Assembly: GCA_018003515.1 (NCBI GenBank)
Contig: JAGNDO010000020.1
Coordinates: 6,742-70,741 of the forward strand
DNA length: 64,000 nt
Origin: Caldilineaceae bacterium
GTDB lineage: Bacteria; Chloroflexota; Anaerolineae; Caldilineales; Caldilineaceae
Direction of reading: 5' to 3'
The notes under the pieces were generated by a model. That model saw only the letters and a program-made list of their open reading frames with translations, was not told the DNA's origin and searched no databases. Positions 62,929-64,000 of the stretch are shown here, in pieces. The position numbers and the translations under genes were made by a program. Within the stretch, counting starts at the first letter, position 1. Each line of letters begins with the position of its first letter.

Positions 62929-63723
62929 CTACATTCTTGAAAGAATTTCTGTCTTTTTCGTTTGGAATTCTTGTTCACTGATCGCTCCTGCATCCTTGAG
63001 GTTACATAAGTCTCTCAAGATTTGGGCCAATTCTGAATGATACTGATGCGAGACTGTGGCTGCAACTTGAGTTACCTCCTCAGGGATCGCCGTTAATCCT
63101 TGCTCAACGCGAAAAAGACGGTTGTGCCACTTGTTAAACTCGCCTATTACCGTCGATGCGGGGCTAGAACCGGGACCATCACCAAACATCATAATATCAC
63201 CTGCACAAACTTCAACTACAAGGTGCATTCGTGCAGCTGCGTACTCATAAAGCCTCTCTAAAGTGAGGCTGTTGATATCTTTTTCGCTGAAATCCCAGAA
63301 TTCCTTTTCGTATTTATCTACACTGGAGTACTGCATTGCTGATCTAAGCTTATTCTCCACATCAGCCAATGTTTTTGCTTGCATCGAAACATATTTTGGC
63401 TGCCCATACGCTGGCTGCTTAATTTGGAGTACAAGAGTTCCATCTTCAAGTGTTTTTATTCCTGTTTCGGTTTGCTTTCCTGATGATGCATCCCAATCTC
63501 TTATCATCAACCAAGAAATCGTGCTTCCAACAAGAATAATTACAAGCGGAACCGGATTGGCACTGTCGAGAAACAAAACTATAGGAGCAATCAGCATTGA
63601 TACTGGAACTAGGATTGCACCAATGACACCTGTCAAGCCCCAAAAATGATATGCAACCAAGATTGTTATCACAAGGTCATACCCGCCTACGACAAAAGCG
63701 ATTATTTTTCCAAGAGTCTTCAT
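62929..63723 (-). CDS. Membrane protein with C-terminal SHOCT domain
   Basis: Three N-terminal TM helices. The C-terminus NLKDAGAISEQEFQTKKTEIL fits the SHOCT pattern. The gene is AT-rich. Confidence 0.6.
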   Translation of the reverse strand: MKTLGKIIAFVVGGYDLVITILVAYHFWGLTGVIGAILVPVSMLIAPIVLFLDSANPVPLVIILVGSTISWLMIRDWDASSGKQTETGIKTLEDGTLVLQIKQPAYGQPKYVSMQAKTLADVENKLRSAMQYSSVDKYEKEFWDFSEKDINSLTLERLYEYAAARMHLVVEVCAGDIMMFGDGPGSSPASTVIGEFNKWHNRLFRVEQGLTAIPEEVTQVAATVSHQYHSELAQILRDLCNLKDAGAISEQEFQTKKTEILSRM

Positions 63724-63785
63724 TATGGATCCTTGAGTTATAGGAAGACATTTGCAAGAATCAACATGGAAATCAACTGCGGGAT

Positions 63786-64000
63786 TTAGGGGTTCATATC
63801 CAATATGACATCTAGCTCTTTGATTGCCTTCCTACAGAGCTGTTGGATAGAAATACAAACATGTTCGAGATAATCATTGTGCTCACGATTCAATCCTTCT
63901 GAGTCAGTCAGTTTGATCGCCGCCGTTGACAGAAAACCATGAATTGCATTGTTTGCTACTCTGGTTTTGATACGGAGGGCGCTTAACGACTCAAGAAGGT
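63786..64000 (-). CDS. C-terminal fragment of a hypothetical helical protein (continues beyond window end); contains an R-x6-H string
   Basis: My own translation of the minus strand gives ...LRIKTRVANNAIHGFLSTAAIKLTDSEGLNREHNDYLEHVCISIQQLCRKAIKELDVILDMNP-stop (TAA 63786-63788). It is not in the ORF track. Confidence 0.3.
   Translation of the reverse strand, partial: LLESLSALRIKTRVANNAIHGFLSTAAIKLTDSEGLNREHNDYLEHVCISIQQLCRKAIKELDVILDMNP

Overview
This is a 64-kb chromosomal segment from a high-G+C bacterium. The gene content (sortase/LPXTG, TRAP transporter, PbpC plus alpha-2-macroglobulin pair, citramalate-type leu/ilv cluster) would fit a Chloroflexota-like lineage, but the window cannot prove the taxon. 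I support about 50 CDS and saw no rRNA, tRNA or CRISPR array. Core genes are: JAMM protease, TRAP dctQM/dctP, LCP protein, MFS and EamA transporters, ABC-F, dps, pbpC plus alpha-2-macroglobulin, ilvD, sortase plus alpha-carbonic anhydrase, rho, cimA, ppc, leuB, fdhD, leuDC and gltB. Three blocks look AT-richer by eye and appear accessory. (i) 12.6-17.0 kb is a decay zone. It holds a frameshifted IS transposase fragment, a pseudogene broken by an in-frame stop and a 120-bp MITE, and a two-gene TA-like cassette flanked by 88-bp direct repeats. (ii) 17.36-25.8 kb is a tight five-gene operon and my best candidate for an undescribed defence-type system. It encodes a McrB-like GTPase, a DUF2357/McrC-like PD-(D/E)xK nuclease, a protein with a poly-acidic tail, a 162-aa mini P-loop protein, and a 1306-aa P-loop protein with a long helical region. 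(iii) 37.4-40.1 kb carries a Dam-type methyltransferase with an HNH endonuclease, then an MNT-type nucleotidyltransferase coupled to a membrane-anchored protein. Other highlights follow. A DsbA/FrnE-like gene has an in-frame TGA exactly at the first Cys of its CxxC motif, followed by a strong SECIS-like hairpin. An alpha-carbonic anhydrase carries an LPVTG sorting signal and sits next to a sortase. Long, near-perfect palindromes built from tandem short words sit directly after stop codons, and two of them lie in-frame inside pbpC. Many long ORFs in the track are antisense shadow ORFs of real genes and were rejected.
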